From contig DAYH01000031.1 of NCBI GenBank assembly GCA_002506825.1, positions 3,465-67,464 on the forward strand: a DNA stretch of 64,000 bases. The letters are read 5' to 3'. Position 1 is the stretch's first letter, and every line of letters starts with the position of its first letter. This DNA is from Euryarchaeota archaeon UBA103. Its GTDB lineage: Archaea; Thermoplasmatota; Poseidoniia; Poseidoniales; Thalassarchaeaceae. The notes under the pieces are model-generated. The model worked only from the letters and a program-made list of their open reading frames with translations, searched no databases and had not been told where the DNA came from. Position numbers and translations under genes: made by a program. Of this stretch, positions 50,824 to 59,520 are shown one piece after another.

Positions 50824-51984
50824 ATGGGTCACAAGGAAATATTGGAATCTCAATTGAGTAGCAATCCACTGAGGATTACCGTTGATGAAGCAATCGAGAT
50901 CTATCAAAATGCTAGTTTAAACGACCTAATGTATGTAGCTTCAATGGTTAGAAAGAGAATTGTACCAGGTAACCAAGTAACATACCTGGTCGATAGAAAT
51001 ATCAATTATACTAACGCTTGCACAATTAATTGTCAATTCTGTTCATTCTACAGGCCGCCGGGGCATAAGGATGCATACACTCAAACCTTCGAACAGATAA
51101 GCTCTAGGATTTCGGAATTGGAAGAAATTGGTGGCTCTAGAATTTTAATGCAGGGAGGAGTTAATCCGGAACTGCAATTAGAATGGTACACTAGTATCAT
51201 TGCACAAATTCACGATGCGCATCCAAATATAGATCTAGACTGTTTTTCACCCATCGAGATAGAAGGTATTGCCGAAGTATGTAATTTGTCTACATTAGAT
51301 GTACTAAAGCACCTTAAGGATGCTGGAATGCATGGTTTGCCAGGAGGCGGTGCAGAAATGTTGGTCGACTCGGTTAGGATGGACATATCTCCAAAAAAAG
51401 GCTCCGCAGATAACTGGATTAGAGTAATGAGTGAAGCGCAGGAGATCGGTCTAACCACATCAGCTACCAATGTCATTGGATTCGGCGAAAGTAGAGCTGA
51501 TAGAATTCTACATATGGATAGGATTAGAGTTGCTCAAGATCAGGCTATTACATCTGGAAATTTAGGGTTTACATCCTTCATATCATGGCCAGTTCAATTG
51601 GAGAATAATGTCTTCGGATCTAGAAATAGGGGTGAAAATAGAATCCGATTGGGCGCGTCATCTACAGAATATCTGAGGCATGTAGCAGTATCTAGAATCT
51701 TCTTTGATAATATTTTACATATTCAGGCTTCATGGCCAACAATGGGACTCGAGATAGCTCAATTGGCACTATCAGGAGGTGCGGACGATGCTGGTTCTAC
51801 TATGATGGAAGAGAATGTAGTTTCAGCTTCTGGAACTAACAAGACAATGGCATCTGAGATTGAGCTTCAGAAGATAATTATTAGGTCGGGGCACGTTCCA
51901 ATTAAGAGAGATTCAGACTATGTCTTAATGGATACCCCAATATACGATAACTCTGAACTCTTCGCACAAACTCCGATTCAGTAA
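50824..51984 (+). CDS. mqnC: CofH/MqnC-family radical SAM enzyme, probably cyclic dehypoxanthine futalosine synthase
   Basis: DRNINYTNACTINCQFCSF, LMQGG, PGGGAE.L, FTSFISW, IQASW, GADD.GSTMMEENVVS. Confidence 0.85.
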   Translation: MGHKEILESQLSSNPLRITVDEAIEIYQNASLNDLMYVASMVRKRIVPGNQVTYLVDRNINYTNACTINCQFCSFYRPPGHKDAYTQTFEQISSRISELEEIGGSRILMQGGVNPELQLEWYTSIIAQIHDAHPNIDLDCFSPIEIEGIAEVCNLSTLDVLKHLKDAGMHGLPGGGAEMLVDSVRMDISPKKGSADNWIRVMSEAQEIGLTTSATNVIGFGESRADRILHMDRIRVAQDQAITSGNLGFTSFISWPVQLENNVFGSRNRGENRIRLGASSTEYLRHVAVSRIFFDNILHIQASWPTMGLEIAQLALSGGADDAGSTMMEENVVSASGTNKTMASEIELQKIIIRSGHVPIKRDSDYVLMDTPIYDNSELFAQTPIQ

Positions 51985-51986
51985 TA

Positions 51987-53060
51987 TCAAGATTCTGTCC
52001 GTCCGCTCCTGACTGGAACTTCTTCGATGAGTATCTTCTGACTCAAGGACTTGATATTGATCGGCCTTACCCATTTCATTCTAGTGCCATCGATTTTATG
52101 GGCCTCGATGACCACTTCCCAGTGAATTGCTATCATCGCAGAATAAATCGTACTGGGCCACGAGTTAATCGGACCCATAAGAATTATTTTTTCTGAATCT
52201 ATTTCCGTCCAAGGTCCAAAATCTTGAACTCTCATTGGCTCCAAAAGCAATAATCTACCTCTGCTAACTGGCATTGGAACCGACTCTCCAACACCAGTTC
52301 CATGCTCATCCGCTGTAGAAATCCTCCTTTCAGGAAGTTCTGTTGACATCCCCGGCGCAGGTTGTCCGAATCTAGTTCTTCCAATAGCACCCAGTAATAC
52401 GTCTCTTTTCGGTACGGCTATGCCGACTTGAACTCGAGCCCTCTTTGGAATTATTCCTTCAGGGAATGATATTTTGCTTATTTCTACCCTATCATTTGTA
52501 TTAGATGATATTTCAATTTCTGGAGATGCAAGTGGATTAGAAATATACTCATTTTGTCTTCTAATATCCATAATATTCGCTACTACTCTGAGTAGTATTG
52601 GAATAATAAAAATCGGGAATGCAACCAATATCATTAGAGGATAATCAAGCGGGCCGAAATTTACAGGAGTGAAAATAAACTCTGGAATGAATCCAATATT
52701 TATCAAAGCCGGCTCCAGAGCGTGTAGCATTAAGGCGATGATCAGTACTACTACGCCGGGAAAAATCATACTTCTTGCCTTCGCATGCAATGGATCGGGC
52801 TCTATGTACCACCCATTTCTTGTTCTCATGAGAAATGGCAAGGTTTCGTATGTTACTTCCGTATTTATCACTGGCAATGACGCATCCTTTTCCGTTTCAC
52901 CCCTCCACTCAATTAACCACGATTCGTCATTCCCTATTCTAAAATCAGCCGGTATAGCCTTATCTGATTCCAATATTACTTCTACTAGAGGAATTCCTTT
53001 TGGATCACTGTTTTCGTGATCGAAGGGAGGATATCTTACTCTCTGCACCGATCTATACAT
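51987..53060 (-). CDS. Hypothetical membrane protein
   Basis: 357 aa with two central TM helices; directly downstream of the reductase (1-nt gap). Confidence 0.65.
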   Translation of the reverse strand: MYRSVQRVRYPPFDHENSDPKGIPLVEVILESDKAIPADFRIGNDESWLIEWRGETEKDASLPVINTEVTYETLPFLMRTRNGWYIEPDPLHAKARSMIFPGVVVLIIALMLHALEPALINIGFIPEFIFTPVNFGPLDYPLMILVAFPIFIIPILLRVVANIMDIRRQNEYISNPLASPEIEISSNTNDRVEISKISFPEGIIPKRARVQVGIAVPKRDVLLGAIGRTRFGQPAPGMSTELPERRISTADEHGTGVGESVPMPVSRGRLLLLEPMRVQDFGPWTEIDSEKIILMGPINSWPSTIYSAMIAIHWEVVIEAHKIDGTRMKWVRPINIKSLSQKILIEEVPVRSGRTES

Positions 53061-53061
53061 A

Positions 53062-54279
53062 TTATCCCCATATTACTGCTACTGCCGCCCTAGTGGCCAA
53101 TGATCTGAACTCCGGAACTTCCTTCAGCAACCTTAATCCTAAAGGTATTGGATTATCAATTTCACCAGACTGATTAATTATCTCAGTCACATCAGGTCTA
53201 GACCACACTTTGAAAACTTCATCCAATTCATCGTCACTAGCCCCTGTCAAAAATGCATTTCTTAGTGCTCTAATTCTCTCTAGCTTCCTTCTCAATGGAT
53301 CTAGTAACTTGCTAATCTTTAGCATCGTTTCTTCTGATAAATCTCCCTTTACAATAGATTCAGAAAGTCTTGGAACAAGTATATCCACTTGATCGAAACC
53401 CGTACCTATTCCTCCACCGGTTGTGGGTTTGCACGAGCCAGATGCATCTCCAAACAAAGCTACCCTTTCCTTAAGAGGATTCTTAATCAATCCACTAGGC
53501 ACCGGTCCACCAAACCTACCTATGATAGTACAATTTTGAAACCTACTCTTCCACTTTGAGTCATTCATTAGATTACTAATCAACATCTCACATGACTTTC
53601 CTGAGAGTAACTCAGCTTTACTCCACATGCCGATTCTTGTTGTGTCTCCAGATGGTATGGCCCAAGCAAAAAATCCAGGTGCTATATCGGATCCTGTGAA
53701 CATGTCCAGCTTGCCCGACTCGTTTCTGTATCCCGTTACCTCTACCTGATATCCAATCATCATTTCTTTAGGTCTTCCCATTCTCATGTATCTTCGTACC
53801 CAAGAATGAGCCCCATCACAACCACAAACCAGTGCACACCTTATCTTTCTTTCAGAATTTCTAGACTTAAGTACAACCTCTGCATAATCATCAAAATTTG
53901 TGATACTGATAGGTCTCGATTCTAGTAATAATTCAGCTCCACTATCTATGGCTAGCTTTACTACTCCTTCGTCGAATTTCTTCCTACAAACAGACCAAGT
54001 TCGTATTCTATCAGAAGATCCAATATCTACTGTAATTCCATTTGGACTGTTTATTCTAGCTCCCCATATGGGGGATAGTACACTTTCTTTCATTGGAACC
54101 CTGTCCATAGCTCCCGGATTAATTAAACCAGCACACTGAAATGGCCTACCAATTTCTAAATGCTCCTCGACAATTAGTACTGAATGGCCCCGCTGTCTAA
54201 GCTTCCATCCTAGATATCCTCCGATGGGCCCAGCTCCAATGATTACTACATCATAGAATTCCACTGATGGAGCCCCCAT
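53062..54279 (-). CDS. Geranylgeranyl reductase family (DGGGPL reductase-like)
   Basis: DVVIIGAGP.G, IG.P.QCAG, R..FD, G.DG..S, APG.FAW.IP, GDA....P.TGGGI. Confidence 0.88.
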   Translation of the reverse strand: MGAPSVEFYDVVIIGAGPIGGYLGWKLRQRGHSVLIVEEHLEIGRPFQCAGLINPGAMDRVPMKESVLSPIWGARINSPNGITVDIGSSDRIRTWSVCRKKFDEGVVKLAIDSGAELLLESRPISITNFDDYAEVVLKSRNSERKIRCALVCGCDGAHSWVRRYMRMGRPKEMMIGYQVEVTGYRNESGKLDMFTGSDIAPGFFAWAIPSGDTTRIGMWSKAELLSGKSCEMLISNLMNDSKWKSRFQNCTIIGRFGGPVPSGLIKNPLKERVALFGDASGSCKPTTGGGIGTGFDQVDILVPRLSESIVKGDLSEETMLKISKLLDPLRRKLERIRALRNAFLTGASDDELDEVFKVWSRPDVTEIINQSGEIDNPIPLGLRLLKEVPEFRSLATRAAVAVIWG

Positions 54280-54297
54280 GTGTCCTCGCCACGCACT

Positions 54298-56565
54298 CTA
54301 CTTTTTTCTACTCTTCTTTCTTAGTGATTTTAGATTAGTAATTATTTTGCTTGCATCTGATTTACTTACTTCACTTATTTCTGCTAGATCTGCCATTGCT
54401 AGCACATCAGCGATCGGGATACCTAGTTTTTCAGACATATTTGTTATGAGATTTATCTGGGCTTCTGAGGCTGGTAATGACTCATTTACTTCCTTCATTA
54501 ATCCAATTAACTCACTTGCACTTCCATTCCTACCTCCAGTCAGATCATTGAAGTCACCCAATCCCAATAATGCAAGAGCCTCTTCCTCAGTCATATTTGA
54601 TTTTTCAATTAACGACATAAGATAGCTCATTTGCTTCTCACTTGGTTTTGTGATTATTTTTCCTTCTTTGGCCATCTCCTTTAGCCTCTCGATTATTTCA
54701 CCCGCCTCCTTTCCAGATATTTCCGATATGAGTTTACCATTCATGATTGCTTTCTTTTCAGCGTCTTCCATACCAGAAATCTGGTTTTCAATAGAATATC
54801 TCTGCCTAGGAGTAGGGGTTCTACCCTTAATTTCTATAGCCTTCTGATGAGCTTCTTTGAATGATGTTGAGAACCTTAACCACATTTCAGATCCAGCGGC
54901 TACGCCATCCTCTACGGAGTCAAGCTGTTGCTCCATGTCCGAAGTAAATTCCGATGAGAAAAGATCCACTTCACTTTCTTGATCATTGTATATTGGAGCT
55001 ACTTCTGTCCACAACAACATCCCGTTATCTGTAGGGGTCAGGGAACCGTTATCATTTGTAATATACTTCCTGTCAGATAGTTTTAGAACAGTACTAACAT
55101 AAGTTGATGGGCGCCCTATTCCCGCATTCTTCATCTTCTTCACTATCGAACTTTCTGTATACCTTCTAGGTGGTTTTGTCTCATCTGTAGTCATATTAGG
55201 ATTCTCATCCAACTCATCAATTAACCAAATAGAACCTTCTGATAACGCATACTGAGGCTCCTCGATCCTAGGTTTTGCAAGGAATTCAGAAGATGCAGAC
55301 TCCCATCCAGGATGTATTCTCCATGATGCAGTACCAGAAACGTGTAGACCCGTTCCGTCTACTGAAGCTATTATCTCCCTTCTTTCCCTAATAGAGTCCG
55401 ACATTTGACTAGACAAAAATCTACTTCTAATTAGCCTGTATAGTTTGATGGCGTCATTCTCTAAGTCTGACGGCTCTGATAATCGAGGATCAGTAGGCCT
55501 AATTGCTTCGTGAGCATCTTGTACATTACCTGTATTTTTCTTAGCATCAGGGCCAAGGGAGCCACTGCCAAGATGATCTTCACCGTATTCTTCTAGAATA
55601 ATCTCTCTAGCAATTTTTCTTGCTCCGGAACTAGTCCTTGTTGAGTCAGTCCTGATGTATGTGATGAAACCCTTATTGTATAGGTCCGAAGCAATCTTAC
55701 TTGTTTTAGACATAGACCATCCCAAAGAGCTACTTGAAGACTGAAGCAATGTATCAGTAGTGAATGGAGGGGATGGTTTACGATTTGTTTTCCCATCTTT
55801 AACATTCAGAACCTTCATATTTCTTGAATCGCTTAATGCACTGAATGCTTCTTCTGCTAGCTCATGATCAAATGTCCTATCGGAGAAAAACTTGCCATTA
55901 TCGTCTCTCCATGCATCATCATCTTTACTTTCGTGGAATCTAAATTTAAATGTGTATCCATCACTAATCATATGAACAGTGTGATATGGAATTGGGACGT
56001 GGGCATTCCTCTCATTCTCCCTATCTACAATATATCCCAAAGTTGGAGTCTGCACTCTGCCCATTGATCTTAGATTCCAGCTTTTAGCAAACTTGGAGCA
56101 TCTAAATCCAACCAGCCTATCCATAAATCTTCTTACCTTAGCAGCATCAACTAGGCCTTGATCTATATCTCCATGATTTTGTAGGGCGCTTTCAACTGCT
56201 TCTTTGGTTATTTCATTGAACGTGACACGTGTTACGAATGGGAACTCTGAGAACAACTCCATTAATCTCCATGCAATGAATTCTCCTTCTCTATCTGGAT
56301 CTGTAGCGATATATACCTCGCTAACATTTTTGCTTCTGGCCTTAGTTAGTAACTTTGTTACTACCCTCTCAGATCTTTCTGTCCATTCCCAAGGTGGTTC
56401 GGGGAGCTTTCCCTTTTCTGAAGCCCACATGGCTTTGTTGCCCTGAGATCCGCTTCTTGGAAGGTCCTGAACGTGGCCAAAACACGCTTCAACTATCCAT
56501 CCCTTGCCCAGGTACTTCTTGACAGTCTTCCCCTTGGCGCCAGACTCTAATATCATTAGCTTCAT
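54298..56565 (-). CDS. topA: Type IA DNA topoisomerase (bacterial-like TopA) with C-terminal helical repeats
   Basis: ES..K..T..KYLG, GHV.DLP, ATDPDREGE, GRVQTP, catalytic ITYIRTDS, QDAHEAIRP, GIGRPSTY. Confidence 0.95.
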   Translation of the reverse strand: MKLMILESGAKGKTVKKYLGKGWIVEACFGHVQDLPRSGSQGNKAMWASEKGKLPEPPWEWTERSERVVTKLLTKARSKNVSEVYIATDPDREGEFIAWRLMELFSEFPFVTRVTFNEITKEAVESALQNHGDIDQGLVDAAKVRRFMDRLVGFRCSKFAKSWNLRSMGRVQTPTLGYIVDRENERNAHVPIPYHTVHMISDGYTFKFRFHESKDDDAWRDDNGKFFSDRTFDHELAEEAFSALSDSRNMKVLNVKDGKTNRKPSPPFTTDTLLQSSSSSLGWSMSKTSKIASDLYNKGFITYIRTDSTRTSSGARKIAREIILEEYGEDHLGSGSLGPDAKKNTGNVQDAHEAIRPTDPRLSEPSDLENDAIKLYRLIRSRFLSSQMSDSIRERREIIASVDGTGLHVSGTASWRIHPGWESASSEFLAKPRIEEPQYALSEGSIWLIDELDENPNMTTDETKPPRRYTESSIVKKMKNAGIGRPSTYVSTVLKLSDRKYITNDNGSLTPTDNGMLLWTEVAPIYNDQESEVDLFSSEFTSDMEQQLDSVEDGVAAGSEMWLRFSTSFKEAHQKAIEIKGRTPTPRQRYSIENQISGMEDAEKKAIMNGKLISEISGKEAGEIIERLKEMAKEGKIITKPSEKQMSYLMSLIEKSNMTEEEALALLGLGDFNDLTGGRNGSASELIGLMKEVNESLPASEAQINLITNMSEKLGIPIADVLAMADLAEISEVSKSDASKIITNLKSLRKKSRKK

Positions 56566-56644
56566 GATTACACCCTACGCGACTTAAGATAATTGAACCC
56601 CACAATATTACCCGTATAAACATGAGTAAAGGAAGAGCATTACA

Positions 56645-56669
56645 ACGCGCGCGCACGCGTGCACACGCG
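56645..56669. repeat. 25-bp perfect alternating purine-pyrimidine tract (Z-DNA-prone)
   Basis: ACGCGCGCGCACGCGTGCACACGCG in the intergenic region upstream of topA; contains palindrome GCACGCGTGC (56653-56662). Confidence 0.8.
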
Positions 56670-56674
56670 AGCCA

Positions 56675-57076
56675 TCAATAATTTCTCAATGTGACCTCGT
56701 CCCATAATTCTTCAGAACCGGGGCCTCCACAACCAATACATCCTGGATACCCAGCTGTTGCTAATTCAATTACCATCATAGTAAAATCAATCCAAGGTTC
56801 GCCACTGTCGGACTTGAGGGATTTAACCCAGCAATAATCTAATGATTTCTCCTTTACGCCGATGCTGAAATTATTTTCTAAAGACTCGAAAACAACTTCC
56901 TCTGAATCCGTATAGATTATCTTGGGTGAGTCTAACTTTGATGGAACCATGTCCGATATTTTCAACATCAATTCACTCACACTATCTAACTTATTTCTAT
57001 TGATATACAGAATCCCCCCCTGAGATCTTAATATTCTCCTTGCGGCTTCTCTTAGAGAGTCGCCATAACTGCCCAT
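56675..57076 (-). CDS. Hypothetical protein with C-terminal CxxC
   Basis: About 133 aa; GYPGCIGCGGPG near the C-terminus; ATG 57076 is 29 nt after TTCAAT. Confidence 0.6.
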   Translation of the reverse strand: MGSYGDSLREAARRILRSQGGILYINRNKLDSVSELMLKISDMVPSKLDSPKIIYTDSEEVVFESLENNFSIGVKEKSLDYCWVKSLKSDSGEPWIDFTMMVIELATAGYPGCIGCGGPGSEELWDEVTLRNY

Positions 57077-57099
57077 GTTCACCCGAGGTACACGTAACT

Positions 57100-57106
57100 A
57101 TTGAAG
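57100..57106. promoter_or_regulatory. Putative shared bidirectional promoter core between the 57076(-) gene and pyrD
   Basis: TTCAAT on - strand lies 29 nt before ATG 57076; overlapping TTGAAG on + strand lies 28 nt before ATG 57129. Confidence 0.4.
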
Positions 57107-57128
57107 GGTACTTTGCTCCCCGCATGTC

Positions 57129-58232
57129 ATGGGATTGGGATGGAAGATTTTCGCAAGGCCATTAATTTCAAGGTTGGACTCAGAGAGATCTCATGATTTG
57201 GCTCTATCTACATTAAGTAAATTCGATAAATCCCAATATGGAAAGTCATTACTGAGTGGGATGTTTCAATCGCCAGAGCTTCCCATACATGTTCTTGGAA
57301 AATTATTTCATCATCCTTTAGGATTAGCCGCCGGTATGGATAAGGGGGCAAAGGCCCTTTCCACATGGCCCGCACTCGGTTTTTCTTGGATTGAATACGG
57401 AGGAGTCACTAGGTTTCCACAAGAAGGTAATCCTAAACCTCGAATGTTCAGAGCAAATTCTGAAAGGGCTTTAGTAAATAGCATGGGATTCAATAATCCT
57501 GGCGCCTCTTCTATTAGGGACTCTTTGATTTCTAGACATTCATCAGGTAATTGGCCTAATGTCCCAGTAGCTGCGAACATAGGTAGATCAAAGAAAGTTA
57601 ACAATGAGCAGGCACCGGCAGATTATGCATCTACTCTGGATACGCTTTGGAATCATGCAGATATCTTTGTCCTAAATGTTTCTTCTCCCAATACGCCAGG
57701 CCTCAGGGACTTACAACATGAAGACACTCTTTCTAGTGTACTTCGAGAATGCACTTCAATCAGAAATAGATACCAATCAGATAAGCCAATTCTACTGAAG
57801 CTATCTCCTGACTGTACTGATGAGCAAGTTTTACAAATCGCTGACATAGCAATGAGTAGTGGATTGGATGGAATTGTAGCTACTAATACTACAATTACAA
57901 GACCAGAGCCTAGTAACACTCAATCCAGAATTGCATTTTCACAGAATGGGGGGGTATCTGGAAGGCCCCTCCAGAAGAGATCTCTAGAAGTTATTTCTAA
58001 TCTTTATGACTATACCGACGGAAAGATGACAATAGTAGGGGTCGGAGGCATAGACTCCCCAGATAGCGCTTGGAATGCTATAACATCTGGTGCTAGCCTA
58101 ATTCAATTATATTCTGGATTGGTTTTCAATGGTCCCGGTGTAACTTCAGGTATTGTCAGGGGCCTCAAGAGAAAAGTCTCAGAAAACGGCTTTAGTGGCA
58201 TTTCCGAAGCAATAGGTTACTCCCATCAGTGA
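57129..58232 (+). CDS. pyrD: Quinone-dependent dihydroorotate dehydrogenase (class 2)
   Basis: D.E.SH, GLAAGMDK, Q.GNPKPRMFR, N.MGFNN.G, NVSSPNTPGLR.LQ, KLSPD, TNTT, GG.SG. Confidence 0.96.
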   Translation: MGLGWKIFARPLISRLDSERSHDLALSTLSKFDKSQYGKSLLSGMFQSPELPIHVLGKLFHHPLGLAAGMDKGAKALSTWPALGFSWIEYGGVTRFPQEGNPKPRMFRANSERALVNSMGFNNPGASSIRDSLISRHSSGNWPNVPVAANIGRSKKVNNEQAPADYASTLDTLWNHADIFVLNVSSPNTPGLRDLQHEDTLSSVLRECTSIRNRYQSDKPILLKLSPDCTDEQVLQIADIAMSSGLDGIVATNTTITRPEPSNTQSRIAFSQNGGVSGRPLQKRSLEVISNLYDYTDGKMTIVGVGGIDSPDSAWNAITSGASLIQLYSGLVFNGPGVTSGIVRGLKRKVSENGFSGISEAIGYSHQ

Positions 58233-58277
58233 TGTTTGTTCAGAAACTGTCTTCAAGTAAGCTGTAGTGCAATATTC

Positions 58278-58661
58278 ATGGCCCTGACACGTAGCAATAG
58301 GCTCCTAGCCGTTGGCGGGTCAATATTGGTTCTAGTAGTTATGATGTTGGCCACGGTCGATCCTCAGACCCAATACTTCGTAGACGAAGTGATGGAAAAC
58401 CCTGATGATTTCATTGGTGAAGTCCACATCAGGGGAGAAATCGCTAACGGTTCTATCGATTCTGAAAATTATACATTCACACTAATGGGCATCAATCATA
58501 GTTTATTCGTAGACTTTTCTGGAACCGCAGTACCGGATGGATTCAATGAGGGCAAGACAATCGCAGTGAAAGGACTGTTGATAAATGATTCAGGAAATTG
58601 GATTCTAGAAGCCAAGGAAATCCAAACTGGCTGCCCTTCGAAGTATGTATCAGCGGAATAA
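58278..58661 (+). CDS. ccmE: Cytochrome c maturation heme chaperone CcmE (Cys-type)
   Basis: N-terminal TM, OB-fold (PD.F.EG), C-terminal CPSKY (CxxxY variant found in archaea). Confidence 0.85.
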   Translation: MALTRSNRLLAVGGSILVLVVMMLATVDPQTQYFVDEVMENPDDFIGEVHIRGEIANGSIDSENYTFTLMGINHSLFVDFSGTAVPDGFNEGKTIAVKGLLINDSGNWILEAKEIQTGCPSKYVSAE

Positions 58662-58700
58662 TCTCCCGATTCGTTGAAATGGGTACTCTCGCCCCGACAT

Positions 58701-59008
58701 ATGGGCTAGGGGGGGTGTTGACGTACTCTATTTTTCACAAATCGTCGAAAATGGTGACCTGAAGTCCGAGGGCGGCGTAGACGAGCCATTACGGACTCGC
58801 CGGTTAACTACGACGCCTCGCCCCCAAGAGATGCAGGTTGTTGGAATGATGATCCGGAGGGATCACCAGACCATCCTATGCCCGGGAACCAGGTCAGGCG
58901 CGGAAGCGAGCAGCCCGACCGGGGATGCTGGATGCCTTGGGGATGCGGGGCTGAGAAGACCGGTGTAGAAACGTGTTGGTGACGAACGTCCACCGAGGAC
59001 ATGCCCAT
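58701..59008 (+). ncRNA. ffs: Signal recognition particle (7S) RNA
   Basis: Termini ATGGGC/GCCCAT pair; Alu helices with kissing loops TTGACG/CGTCGA; helix 6 GATCC-GGAG-GGATC; helix 8 CAGG-CGC-GGAA-GCG-AGCAG; ~308 nt. Confidence 0.92.
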
Positions 59009-59487
59009 CATATGACATTTGGAATTTTATCCAGACCACCCATATTGCATACTATGGAAAAATGAGTTTCTGAGACAGGCTGAACTGACAGCCTCTGCCC
59101 TTTCCTTAGAAGGGCCATCTCTTCCAATGCGGCATTCATGCGCATTGCTGGCAAATCGACGGGACTCAGGTCACACACTGGCTCTATATCGACCATCATC
59201 CACCTCGGATTATCCGGCGAGGCCTTAGGATCGAAATATTTCGAACCGGGGTCCTGTGCAGTATGGTCCGGATACGCTTCCTTCGAAACCCTAGCTATAC
59301 CTGCAATGTGAGGGGGTTTACAATTAGAGTGATAGAATAATACTAAATCGCCCACCGACATTTCGTCCCTCATTATATTTCTAGCCTGATAGTTTCTAAC
59401 TCCATCCCAGTGAGTTCCTCCATCTATTTTCAATTGATTCCATGGGTAAACATGAGGTTCACTCTTCATCAGCCAGTAACAGTTCAT
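59008..59487 (-). CDS. EVE domain protein
   Basis: YWLMKSEP, WDGVRNYQARN, GD..LFYHS, D.S.YFDPK, RLSVQPV. Confidence 0.93.
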   Translation of the reverse strand: MNCYWLMKSEPHVYPWNQLKIDGGTHWDGVRNYQARNIMRDEMSVGDLVLFYHSNCKPPHIAGIARVSKEAYPDHTAQDPGSKYFDPKASPDNPRWMMVDIEPVCDLSPVDLPAMRMNAALEEMALLRKGQRLSVQPVSETHFSIVCNMGGLDKIPNVI

Positions 59488-59520
59488 GATTTACCGTGAG
59501 GGTGCCGACAAATCAACATT

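Noticed and set aside
58767-58820. Apparent extra hairpin inside the SRP RNA suggesting an aberrant fold
   Set aside because: A canonical Alu domain, helix 5 closure (GTCC/GGAC) and normal length explain the sequence; alternative pairing is likely chance in GC-rich RNA
58808-59011. 67-aa - strand ORF
   Set aside because: Lies antisense within the SRP RNA
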